This document shows positions 25,839 through 37,999 of a stretch of DNA of 59,173 bases, in pieces. The notes beneath the pieces are model-generated. The model was not told the DNA's origin, did not search any database, and was given only the letters and a program-made list of their open reading frames with translations. Within the stretch, counting starts at the first letter, position 1. Each line of letters begins with the position of its first letter. A program made the translations under genes and the position numbers. Source of the stretch: Octopus bimaculoides (taxonomy: Eukaryota). Where the stretch lies: NCBI RefSeq assembly GCF_001194135.2, contig NC_068982.1:143710310-143769482 (forward strand), in the 5' to 3' direction.

Positions 25839-26753
25839 GTATATATATAAAGTGGGATTTCAATCTCCTTGATATTTTGTCAGCCAAGACTAAAAAGCAA
25901 TCATCTGTCAGAGTCAGTTTCGAATTCATTGCGAATTTATTATCCTTTCCTTTTTAAATGTACGCATGTGAGAATTATTGTCATAATGAGAAACTATATT
26001 TGTATTAATAGTGTATTCAAATTTAAAATTCAATAATTTGTAGTAATAGTTGCGTCTGCTTACGAAATCAGCTGAGAGGTGAAAGTGAAAGGTTAAAGTG
26101 AATGAGGTCGCGAACATTACATCTCTCTGACAATTCTACGTATCTACAACGTATTATGCTCTTCGGTATCTCTCTGTGTGTAGGCAGGAAAACGCTGTCT
26201 CATCGAAAAAATAAAAAATTAAAAAAATAAGGAAGGAAATGTTCAAACGAAGATTTCCACTAAATAGGAAAGGAATGTAAAAGTTTATATTCTATTAAAA
26301 ACAACCAGTATAAACTGGTATATTTCAAGTTAATAAAATTATTAATTAAAAGTTGTTTGCTAATAGAAAACTTATTTCTTCTTTGCAAAAAGCAAATTAA
26401 TCACCGTACAGCCATCGTACTGACAAAAAGAGCTTCAGCCTCAATGTGGATCAGGTTTTCACATGCGAAATATTTTCTGCCAGATTGGTTGCAAGCTGCT
26501 GTGTCATAGGTTAAAATGGTACTAAACCGCATAGTATGTATTTCTTTCCATTGCTCATACAAAGATTAGCTGACTTGAAGACAAACATTACCTCTGAAAA
26601 GAAAGGAAATCTTTTAATTTGAATTTCCTGATTGATTGCCTAACCTTTCGTAGTCTGCGTGATTTTATTTCCTTCAACTTTTAACCCCTACGCCCATTAT
26701 ATAATCCGATTTCAGTAACAGTCTTAAATTGAACACACTATTTGTATATGGTA

Positions 26754-27651
26754 CAGGGTGGGACAGAGAGGATGGACGCTTTTGAAAAATTTACAAAATC
26801 ATTAATTTTAACTGCAAACAAATTTTATTGACATCAACGTGTTCGTATTGAATTAGAATTTGTCAAAATCAAGTGTGGAAAATAATATCCATCATGTGGT
26901 GTCCGTTTTCATTGATGCATTTCTGAAGACGTTCTTGGAAGACCTTCCTACGGCATACCAGACCCTCACATTTGGGCTGTGCAGTGGTTTGTCGTGCAGT
27001 TCTCTTCGATTTTCAAGAGCCCAATAACGCCAGTTCTATTGATTCACCTGCCATTGAGAGGAAAATGAGCTTCATTACTCATTAACAAAATGAGGTTGTT
27101 ATTTACCTTAAAAATTGCTTCCATCTGACGTGCGAAGTTAAGCCGCTGTGCATAGTCCCATGATTTCAACTGTTGCCCGATGAACAATTTGTACGGGTGG
27201 AAATGTAGGTCTTCAGGCAAAATACGCCTTACCGATCGATTACCAATGCCAAGTTCAGTGGAATGCCTCCGAGCAGGGCGATTCGGATTCCGTATCAAAG
27301 CTTGTCTGATGCGTTCCACATTCTCCGGGGGTCCGTACCGTTCCTGGCACCCCCACCAGTCTCCTATTCATTAGAGTACCTCGTGTACGTAGTGCATTCA
27401 CCCAACGTAAGATTGCGTTACGGGTGGGAACATCCTGATTTCAGTGAATGTTGAAGTGGCGCCGAAACTCACGTTGAACCGCTGTGACAGACTCATTATT
27501 TTACGTAACTGTCGTAGACAAATACGCGATGCTCTATTGTCCACAGCGCCATGGCTTCACCTGAAAAACAAAAAATGCTAAGACACTACGGACCGAATGA
27601 TACCTGTCGGACATATGTCCCTCCCCCTGGGGCTGAGTAATAGCCACCCTG
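26754..27651 (-). mobile_element. Internally deleted mariner/Tc1-superfamily element with both ends
   Basis: TA|CAGGGTGG at 26752 and CCACCCTG|TA at 27644-27653; ATG at 27552 gives MALWTIEHRVFVYDSY..VQREFRRHF..RTPENVERIR..MSNEAHF, then jumps to the FQERLQKC..NGHH-like C-terminus. Confidence 0.85.
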
Positions 27652-28127
27652 TATATATATAACTATTTGCATAGAGTTTTCTGTTTTAACTATAATTACA
27701 ACGGCTACACTGAAGAGGGTAGAAAGTGAAGTAAATTCTTTAAAAACATACAGTGCAGATTAATTTTGTATATATTTTTCCATTTACACAATAAAAATAT
27801 TATTAAAAAAGAAAGATGTTGACTTTTTGAAACATTATCCTCTTCGCAAAAGAGTGAATGAATCTTATTATGCATACATACATACATACATACATACATA
27901 CATACATACATACATACATACATGTATACATGCATGCATGTATACATGCATGCATACATACATGGCTACATAGATACATACATACTTACATATACACAAA
28001 CATTCATACAGACATACATGCATGTATATATACAGAGAGATAAACCCACTTTAATACACATATTGCATATGCTTATAATTATATAGCAACCAACACACAT
28101 GCACATAAATACATAGGCATATATATA

Positions 28128-28167
<40 letters not shown>

Positions 28168-28444
28168 TGTGCGCGCGCGCACATGCACGCAAACGTATAC
28201 AAACACATAACACATATATTTACAGATACGCAAATAAACTTACACATTCATCATATGTACATGTGTAATCTTTAGTATTTGTGTGTTAGTGAGTATGTGT
28301 GTATGCGCGTGGTTAGTGAGGCTCACAGGCAAATAACTATAAATAAATTGGTAAACAAACTGATGTAACTAGATAAACACACACACAACACACACACAGA
28401 GTTACGCAGGCAGGCACGCACGCACATAAACACAGAAATACAGA

Positions 28445-28499
<55 letters not shown>

Positions 28500-29269
28500 C
28501 GTGCATTTGTATCAAAGAACGATAGAAAAGCTAATGAAAGAATTATTATGAGGAAGAAGAAAGCATCCAAAAACGGATAGAGAGAGACGAAAAAGCGAGA
28601 GGAAGTGAATCAGAAGAGAAGAAAAAGGAAGCAAATATACAAAAGGAAAAAAAAATTATTTCAAAGGAGAGAGAGAGAGAGAGCGCGCGAAGAAGCTGAA
28701 AGAAGAAAGAGGGGAGGAGGTGGAGGAGGAGGAGGAGGAGACTAAGAGAGCAGATGAAGGCAGTGGGTGAGAAGGAAGGTTTGGGCCAGATGGTAAAGAT
28801 GACTTTGCAGCAAGATTTCGTATATATTCCTTGAACTCCGCCCAAGTTTTTCCGTTTATCGTTAAACATATTTTTTTTAAATAGATTCACTGTTAAAAGT
28901 AGCGAATATTAAAGAGTAAAGTAAAAAAAATTCAAAGCAAAATGAATAAATAAATAAATAGAGTGCAATGTGTAAGCTATCCACATTTGTTGCTGTTGCA
29001 CTCAGCCTCCTCTTCGTAACGACTTCGATTTATCATGTCATACTGTAAAAATATATTTATACAGTTAACAAAATTCAGAATGCGTGGAATTCAGTTACTC
29101 AATAAATGAAAAATGCGTTAAATACTAAAAATATGTACACATAGGACAGACACAGAAGGACCCTAATTCTTCGTCAGTTATCCACCGAAATGCTAATACA
29201 CAGTTTCATGCCTTTAACGATAAAACTGAGAACTTCCCATATCGGCGGCACATATATATAGTTCAAATT

Positions 29270-29390
29270 TACAGAAAGCAAAAGACGAAGGCAGCTGTAG
29301 GAACAACAAGCAGGTGTTTAACGCTCTAGAAGAATGGAAAAGACTTTTACGTTTCGAGCCTACACTCTTCGAGAGAAAGGATTAAGAGGG
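29270..29390 (-). mobile_element. Short PLE-terminus-like repeat; other copies near 37070-37200 and 47590-47630
   Basis: Shared text acagaaagcaaaagac and ttttacgtttcgagcctacactcttcgagagaaagg versus tttgatgattcgagccaacacccttctgcagaaagg. Confidence 0.5.
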
Positions 29391-29494
29391 AAAAAATGGA
29401 AAGAATGAAAAAAAAACGTAGAGAGAAAAATGTGCAGAGTTCAACGGTTCAACATGGTGAGATGACTGGAAAAAAGAGGTTGAATGAAAAGGAG

Positions 29495-29496
<2 letters not shown>

Positions 29497-29568
<72 letters not shown>

Positions 29569-30162
29569 NNNNNNNNNNNNNNNNNNNNNNNNNNNNNNNN
29601 NNNNNNNNNNNNNNNNNNNNNNNNNNNNNNNNNNNNNNNNNNNNNNNNNNNNNNNNNNNNNNNNNNNNNNNNNNNNNNNNNNNNNNNNNNNNNNNNNNNN
29701 NNNNNNNNNNNNNNNNNNNNNNNNNNNNNNNNNNNNNNNNNNNNNNNNNNNNNNNNNNNNNNNNNNNNNNNNNNNNNNNNNNNNNNNNNNNNNNNNNNNN
29801 NNNNNNNNNNNNNNNNNNNNNNNNNNNNNNNNNNNNNNNNNNNNNNNNNNNNNNNNNNNNNNNNNNNNNNNNNNNNNNNNNNNNNNNNNNNNNNNNNNNN
29901 NNNNNNNNNNNNNNNNNNNNNNNNNNNNNNNNNNNNNNNNNNNNNNNNNNNNNNNNNNNNNNNNNNNNNNNNNNNNNNNNNNNNNNNNNNNNNNNNNNNN
30001 NNNNNNNNNNNNNNNNNNNNNNNNNNNNNNNNNNNNNNNNNNNNNNNNNNNNNNNNNNNNNNNNNNNNNNNNNNNNNNNNNNNNNNNNNNNNNNNNNNNN
30101 NNNNNNNNNNNNNNNNNNNNNNNNNNNNNNNNNNNNNNNNNNNNNNNNNNNNNNNNNNNNNN

Positions 30163-30225
<63 letters not shown>

Positions 30226-30244
30226 TAATAATAATAATAATAAC

Positions 30245-30315
<71 letters not shown>

Positions 30316-30328
30316 CAACAACAACAAC
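29497..30328. repeat. (AAT)n microsatellite spanning an N-gap, ending in (AAC)n
   Basis: Direct read; explains the poly-I/N/Y/L ORFs at 29382-30407. Confidence 0.95.
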
Positions 30329-30665
30329 AACAAGAGCACTCAGAGCGCAAACCTCCACCAAGGCAACACCAACGTCTTCTCAACGATTAGCCAGAGATGA
30401 TTTTTAAAACGAGAATATCTGAAATGAACTCTCACAAACGAGAATACTAAAAATGAACCCAACCGCTCTGAAAAAGAAAAAACAAGAAAAATAATCCAGA
30501 ATCCTTGTCTGGTACTGGATCGATCCCAAAATCTAATCAGCCACGAGACCAAACACCCCTGAAAGTTTCATCCGAATCCGTCCAGTGGTTCTTGAGATAA
30601 CTTGACCACGGACAAACAAACATGACTGAAAACAATACATCTGCCTTCGCAAAGGTGGATGTAAT
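30329..30665 (+). mobile_element. Helentron/DINE-like non-autonomous element
   Basis: Starts aacaagag, has 5' motif acctccaccaagg and 3' hairpin atctgccttcgcaaaggtggatgt whose right arm is the imperfect complement of the 5' motif; no ORF, no TSD. Confidence 0.5.
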
Positions 30666-31598
30666 AATAATAGACCCCAACGAACTAAGGTGTGCAAGCG
30701 CGTGTGTGTATGTGAGAATGTTGTGTGTGAGTATGCATGTGGGAATGGAGGTAAGATTGTGTGTGGGTGTGTGGTTAATGGTGTGTGTAAGTATGGATAA
30801 TGGTGTGTGGTGTTCAAATCTCGCTGAGGCCAACTTTGCCTTTCATCTCTTCGGAGTCGAAGTAAAAGTACTAATCCAAGGCGATGGATTGACAAAGCCG
30901 TAAGTACTTAGGGCAAGATGCTTCGCAGTATTTATGCGAGTACTTGTTATTTTGAATTCAAATCCTGCTGTAGTATACTTGGGTGGTAGACGTAGCGTTT
31001 TTGCCCAGTTTACACCGCAACCTGCACCTTATATCTCAAAAGTAAAGAGGCATTGTTCTTTGTAACTTACTTCTCCCATGCCCCACCACCACCACCACCA
31101 CTTTTTTGCGGGAGTCAGCCAATATCCGATAACTCCTTTGGGCTAGTAATGCTGGCAAAACCGTTGTTATTACTATTGACATGACAAACAAATGCGTTAA
31201 GAGTTTGTTAAAGTCTGGATGCTTGTTATGTCTGTTCCATGTGGTTAATCTTTTTTTCCTACAGTTTAACCATTTTAAATATAATGTGGGTCTTCTTTTT
31301 TTTCACAAGTTCTTATTTTTTTCTTTGGGACATGTATTCTGCTATTTATATTGAAGCTTGCAAGTTTCACCGCTATTCATAACAAAGAAGTTATATTGTT
31401 TTGTAAGTAAATGAAAATGCACAAAATAAAAAATATATACAAATTTACGAAAGAAGTTCTTTATTTTCCACTTCAAGTTTCGAAAACTACACATTAAAAG
31501 ATAAAGTGTGCAGAAGTAGAACGTGGTAATATTCTAATTCCTTCAGGAGACTTGTTAGATTCGTCGGCTCATAGCAATCTACCACCACCACCACCACC

Positions 31599-31644
<46 letters not shown>

Positions 31645-32439
31645 CCATCACAACAACAACAACATCAATTAGAAAAAGAACTTTAAATAAAGCCAAGAAG
31701 AAAATTAGTATAAATAATAAAATTCTAATAAGGGAAATGTGAAAACAATACAACCCACATTTTTCAAATCCACATGGGAAATATTAGGCTACGGGCGTGA
31801 TCAGTTTGTGGCGATTTAAAAATTTAAATGAAATAATGCAAATAAGCAAAAATAAAAAAAGAAATATTCAGAACATTTTTAAAAGATTGTCAACAACTTC
31901 TATTTCATTGAATGTTTTATTCTCTGGGGATTTAAAGAAATTTTATAATTTGAAACTTTTATAATTTGTCTTTTATATTTCATCTTTACTTCCTTTTTTG
32001 CTGTCTCAGAATAGCTCAAGCTTTGAATACATTTGCCTCAAGGGAAATGTTTCTATCTTGTTGATATACATGAATTCGGAGCCAAACGAGTTTGCCTGGA
32101 TGTGGTCGCTCGACCAGCTAACGGTAGTAGCCAAATCTTTCTTCACACCCTACTGTCTAAAAAACGTAACATGTTGGTTAATGCATATATTCTTTTATTT
32201 TTACAGTTAAACCAGGGAAGGAAGAATAACGCCCATGACCCTAATTTTTACAAAGCATCGGAAACTGGTTGCGCTGGGGAAGGAGGACGGTACCTTCAAA
32301 CCAGGGGCTTGGCTTGAATACCTACATCAGACTGAACGCCACTAAAGACACTCATGAGTGAGACGGCAGTGTTACATCGGACAACGGATTAAGCATTCAC
32401 GTACATAGGCGCACGCGCCGTATGTATGTGTGTGCGTGT

Positions 32440-32941
32440 ACATCTAAATATATATTTGTGCGCGTCTGTGTCTGTTTGTCTCCCCACCGTCGCTTAACGA
32501 CCGATGTTGGTGTGTTTACGTCCTCGTAACTTAGCGGTTCGGCAAAAGAGACCGATAGAATAAGTATCAGGCTGAAAAAGTGGTTAGGGCAGCGGACTCG
32601 CGGTCGTAGGATCGCGGTTTCAATTCCCAGACCGGGTGTTGTGAGTGTTTCTTGAGCGAAAACACCTAAAGCTCCGCGAGGCTCCGGCAGGGGTTGATGG
32701 CGAATCCTGCTGTGCTCCTTCACCACAACTTTCTTTCACTCTTTCTTCCTGTTTTTGTTGTACCCGCATTTCAAAGGGCCAGCCTTGTCACACTCTGTGT
32801 CATGCTGAATCTCCCCGAGAACTTCATTAAGAGTACACGTGTCTGTGGAGTGCTCAGCCACTTTCACGTTAATTTCACGAGCAGGCTGTTCCGTTGATCG
32901 GATCAGCTGGAACCTTCATCGTCGTAACCGACGGTGTGCCG
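32440..32941 (+). mobile_element. SINE family B 3' half fused to a SINE family C copy
   Basis: cgtaacttagcggttcggcaaaagagaccgatagaataag followed by tggttagggcagcggactcgcggtcgtaggatcgcggtttcaattccc and caaagggccagccttgtcacac. Confidence 0.8.
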
Positions 32942-33039
32942 TAGTAACACACACACACACACACATNNNNNNNNNNNNNNNNNNNNNNNNNNNNNNNNNN
33001 NNNNNNNNNNNNNNNNNTATATATATATATATATATTAT

Positions 33040-33445
33040 AGTGAGCGGTGTTCCACTGTCTTGGGACAACCGCTTTTCATAGTGCCCCTCTCAGATACGC
33101 CCTCAGCTGCTCGGATAGCCACACTTGCTAGCCACGCAGACGATACGAAGGTCTCGCAGAAAATACAGAACTCCAGTAAAGTTGCACACCTGCAGCAGGA
33201 GTTTGGACTCAATTTTCAGATGGGCTGAAGATAATAATATACAGCATAATGCTGAAAATTTTAAGGCCTGCACTACCAGCGTCCAAAACTGAATATAAAA
33301 CTTACAGGGTATACTGGTCCACAAGGGATTACAATCTCAGAGCCCTAAATCAGTGAGGAACCTGGGTATGGACATGAGTGTGATACCTGTTTCCAAGTGC
33401 ACGTTACCGGAATGGCGTCAAGGTGCACATTACCAGAATGGCGTC
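33040..33445 (+). mobile_element. CR1/L2-group LINE RT fragment
   Basis: TVLGQPLFIVPLSD..LASHADDTKV..LQQEF corresponds to the G.VLGPLLF and (F)ADDTK RT motifs. Confidence 0.75.
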
Positions 33446-33449
33446 AAAG

Positions 33450-35282
33450 AGAGATGATAGAGTGGAACTCATCTTTGAATGATATGCCTATTCCCAGCAG
33501 GAAAGAATATATACAGGACCTAATTAACTAGCTAAAAAAACTTTATAAATAGAATGAAATGGAAGGCTCACTACTACAATAACAACAATCCTAATAAGAA
33601 TAATACTAACATGGAAGATATAGACTATATAAAGAGAAACTTCAAATCTAATCAGAAACCTCTCAAGAATAGAATTATACAGGACTTTGAGGAGAAAGTA
33701 TGGAATATGGTGAAAAGTATCAAATACAAAAAATACCCTGACACAACAAGCACCTCAACAACTTAACTAGAAAAATAGAAATATTAAAGAACCAGGATGG
33801 AGTTATAGTACAATCTCATAAGACCAGGAATTTATATAGACTGGATATACCACTTTATGATAAACTACTAGAAAAGGAAATAATGAAAAAATATAAGGTA
33901 GTTAATAAAAAATTATTTAGATAATATTAACATAATTCCCGAAAAAATCATGGTTAAATATGCTCTTGAAAATAGAACTGAACCATATGTCCCGATGCAT
34001 CAAAGGATAACGATTAAAGGCCATAAGGATAATTTTTACTCAAACCCCCAAGTAAGATTAATATGCCCTAGCAAGTCAGATATAGGTAGACTTAGCAAAT
34101 TAATATTAGATAAAGATGAATGCATAGTGAAATTAAATAAGTTAGGTAACCTTAAACTCTGGAATTGTACCCGAGATACTATAAAATGGTTTAATAATAT
34201 TAAGGATAAAAATAGACATAAATTCCTTCAAATTGATATAGAGAATTATTATTCATCTATAAATGAAGTGGTTTTAAATAAAGCCTTATCATATGCCATG
34301 AGAAAGGTAAATATGTCATTTGAAGAAGTCAAAGTGGTGTTGGCCGCGAGGAAGTCTATTATAAAATATAAAGATCAACTATGGCGCAGGATTGGCTGTG
34401 TGGTAAGTAGCTTGCTTACCATCCACATGGTTACGGGTTCAGTCCCACTGCGTCACTGCGTGGCACCTTGGGCAAGTGTCTTCTGCTATAGCCTCGGGCC
34501 GACCAAAGCCTTGTGAGTGGATTTGGTAGACGGAAACTGAAAGAAGCCCGTCGTATATATGTATATATGTATGTGTGTGTATATGTTTGTGTGTCCGTGA
34601 TTGTCTCCGCAACATTGCTTGACAACCGATGTTGGTGTGTTTACGTCCTCGTAACTTAGCGGTTCGACCGATAGATTAAGTACAATAAGTACAATAAGAT
34701 ACAACAAGGCTGTGCTCCAGCATAGCCGCAGTCAAATGACTGAAACAAGTAAAAGAGTAAAAGAGTATGGACAAGAAAAGACACTAGAGATTGTTTTGAT
34801 ATATCCATGGGTGCCCCGGATTCAGCCGAGGTTACCGATCTTGTAGGTTTATACTTCTTATCTGAACTAGAAATAGAATTTACGAATATACAGGGTAGTC
34901 CTCATAGGGACGACCTACTACTTATAACTAGGAATTGTACTAATAGGTCATTAGAATGCCTTAAGAAGAAAATGCACAAGTTCTTTAAGAATAATGGCCT
35001 AGGGATATCTATAGAGAATGTGCATTATGCAGTAAATTATCTAGATGTCAACCTTATTCTAGTCACTAATAAGATCCATCCATTCCATAAGTTATATATA
35101 TTAGTTCTTTAAGTAACCATTCTAGATCAGTTAAAGAAGCTTTAATAAATAATATAGGTAAAAGAATATTTATGCTATCCTCAGATTATCACACTTTTTA
35201 TAAACATGCCCCATATTATAATAAAGCATTTGAAGAAGCTGGATACAACTCTAATATAAAATTCTTTAATTATTATGAATAC

Positions 35283-35355
<73 letters not shown>

Positions 35356-36352
35356 TAACAAGTATTCCTAATAAAACTAATGATAAATCTCACAGTAAAA
35401 ATATGAATAAAATAATAATAAAAGACAATATAACAAACTAAATAAAGATAAAAACAATATAGTTGTTATTAATGATTACAATAATAATAGTAATATTGAT
35501 AATGAGAATATGAGCAATAGTAAGAAACATAGTAAAGTATACAAGAAGAGATATTATATACCTAAGAATAACAATTTAATACCGATGATGTCTACTAATA
35601 ATGACAATATAAAAAATATGAAAAATAAAAAGGATAATTTATGGTTAATTATTCCGTATGGGGCTCAAGTGATGACTAATATTATTAAGGAGACATTTAA
35701 AATAGTAAAAATGGTTTTTTAAAAGGACAATAGTTATTCAAATATATTTTCCAATAAAACCATAAGAGTGGGATACTCAACAGTGAGAAATGTAGGCAAT
35801 ATCATTTCCTCTATAGATAGTAAGAAACTAAATAATTATTATAATAGCATAATAAATAATAGCTCTAGCCATAATATAACCGATAGTGATGGATGTCTTA
35901 ATCAACATATAGAAAAATGTCCATGTCGTGATAAGACTAAATGTAAGCTCTCAAATAATTATAATATCGATAATGTAATTTATAAATGTATAGTTAGCTC
36001 TAAGAATAATAACAAAATTATAAATAAGGTTCATATTGGGTCAACAGTTAATGAAATTCAAAAAAGAATATCCCAACACTACCAGACCTTTAAAAATCCC
36101 AATTTAATTAACTCCACAGGCTTAAGTAAATATATATGGGAATTAAAATCTAGAAAAAGAGAGTTTACCGTTAATTGTAGTATAATAGGTAGAGCCCACT
36201 CCTATAATATTGGGAATAAAATGTATTTATTATGCATAACAGAATTTATGAAACTACTACAGTCTAGAGATGAATTATTAAACACATATGATGAACGTGG
36301 AGGTAAATGTAGGCACCGAAGTAATTTTACATTTAGTAAAACGAAGTACTGA
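33450..36352 (+). mobile_element. Penelope-like retroelement (RT plus C-terminal GIY-YIG endonuclease), degenerate
   Basis: RMKWKAHYY, ITIKGHKDNF..PQVRLICPSKS, FLQIDIENYYSSI, FDISMGAPDSAEVTDLVG, HRDD (normally YRDD), VNYLDV, then NVIYKC..KVHIGST..KRISQH and CRH before TGA at 36350. Several stops and frameshifts. Confidence 0.9.
34385..34765 (+). mobile_element. SINE family B inserted in the Penelope RT
   Basis: tRNA-like head (tggctgtgtgg, gggttcagtccc), gtaaaagag tail, flanked by TATGG at 34380-34384 and 34766-34770. Confidence 0.9.
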
Positions 36353-37232
36353 ACCTCCAACCCCTGAATCAAATAACCACATAATTTTATTTCTAAAGCA
36401 CTTGAATAGACTATATAAATAAAAAAATATATGAATTGAATATTGCTAAAATTATAGAATAACAAATTATATATATATATCTCTTAATATAGGTAAATTT
36501 GAAAATAATAATGGAGGATAATTTAAAATTTAAACTATGTATAGTGTAATTACTGCCTTTGGTACTAATCACCTATAAATACCCGTAGTTCCCTGTTATT
36601 TTCTTCCTCTAATCACCATTTCAGTACCAGCAAAAAAAGGAAGAAATATATTTGAATTTTTCTTGTTATATATCACATCTAAACTCAGACATTTTTATTT
36701 TGATGTATAATTTTATATTTCACATTCTGTATTTGACTATTTGACATATACTTGATTTTACCTGATTGATATATATACTAATTCATATTTATAATGTATA
36801 ATTCATAAATACTAATTATTAATATTACTAACTATAATTTTTATTTTAAATTTTTAATTCTTAAATTTTAATCTCTAATGCTTAATTGTATTACTTATTT
36901 TTTTTAAAGGGATGCAAAATTAGATATACAATATTTTGAAAAAGAACCTGACGTGTTGGAATAGCTGTAAATCTGACGATTGCATATATGTATTCATATA
37001 TGTATATATATATATGTATACAGTTGTGTATATGTATATATATTGTAATCTTCCAATACTGAAACACGTACGCTGAAATACAGAAAGCAGAAGACAGAGA
37101 CAGGTGAAGGAACTACAAACAAGGTGTATTGGCTTGACGCTCAGGGAAAATGGAGGAATCTTTGATGATTCGAGCCAACACCCTTCTGCAGAAAGGAATG
37201 GGGTGAGAAAACATGGAGAGAGGAAAAGATGG

Positions 37233-37275
<43 letters not shown>

Positions 37276-37999
37276 TTCTCATTATTCTTTAATCGGCAGA
37301 AAATTACAAAAGTGACTCAAAGGCTGAAGGTTTCGTTAATTGTACTACTCATGAATTGAGTTCTCAGTTATGAGGTTCCAAGTTCGATTATAACTGTTTC
37401 AGTGGGTTTATTCAGTCACTTACAGAGTAATTCAATGAATATGTCATTCTGTTGACTGAACAGATGGAACACACATCGTCGAAACCGACGAATATCCTTT
37501 TACATAGATTGTGCGCAGACACACACACAAACATACATTTTACAAATTTATTATATCTTAATATATATATATGCGCGCGTGCGCATATATACAAATATAC
37601 GCATACACACATACATACATTCGTACATACATACATTCGTACATACATACATACACGAAAACATATGTATGTATAAATGTATATATATATGCATATATAT
37701 GTACGTGCATAAAAGCTCCATGTATATATTCAGCAGTGTATTATCTGAGTGTGTCTGTGTGTGCATGCTTGCGGCAATATTTGTGCGCTAGTTCCCATAC
37801 GTTTTCTGGAGCGAACATGTGTGAAGATATCTTAATTGGCGCGTCGCTTCTTGAGAAACAATAAAGAATGTCAGATGAGGGAAAGAGAACGTTCTTCATC
37901 GAGGGTTTCTGGCGTTTTAACAAGAAATTGACTACCCTTGAAAAAAAAAAAAACAAACAAACAAAAACAAAACCAAAGCAAAACAGTACACTTGCTCTA

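Noticed and set aside
31998-32317. Overlapping ORFs and splice-like sites on both strands
   Set aside because: Several mutually exclusive readings, none with a recognisable motif.
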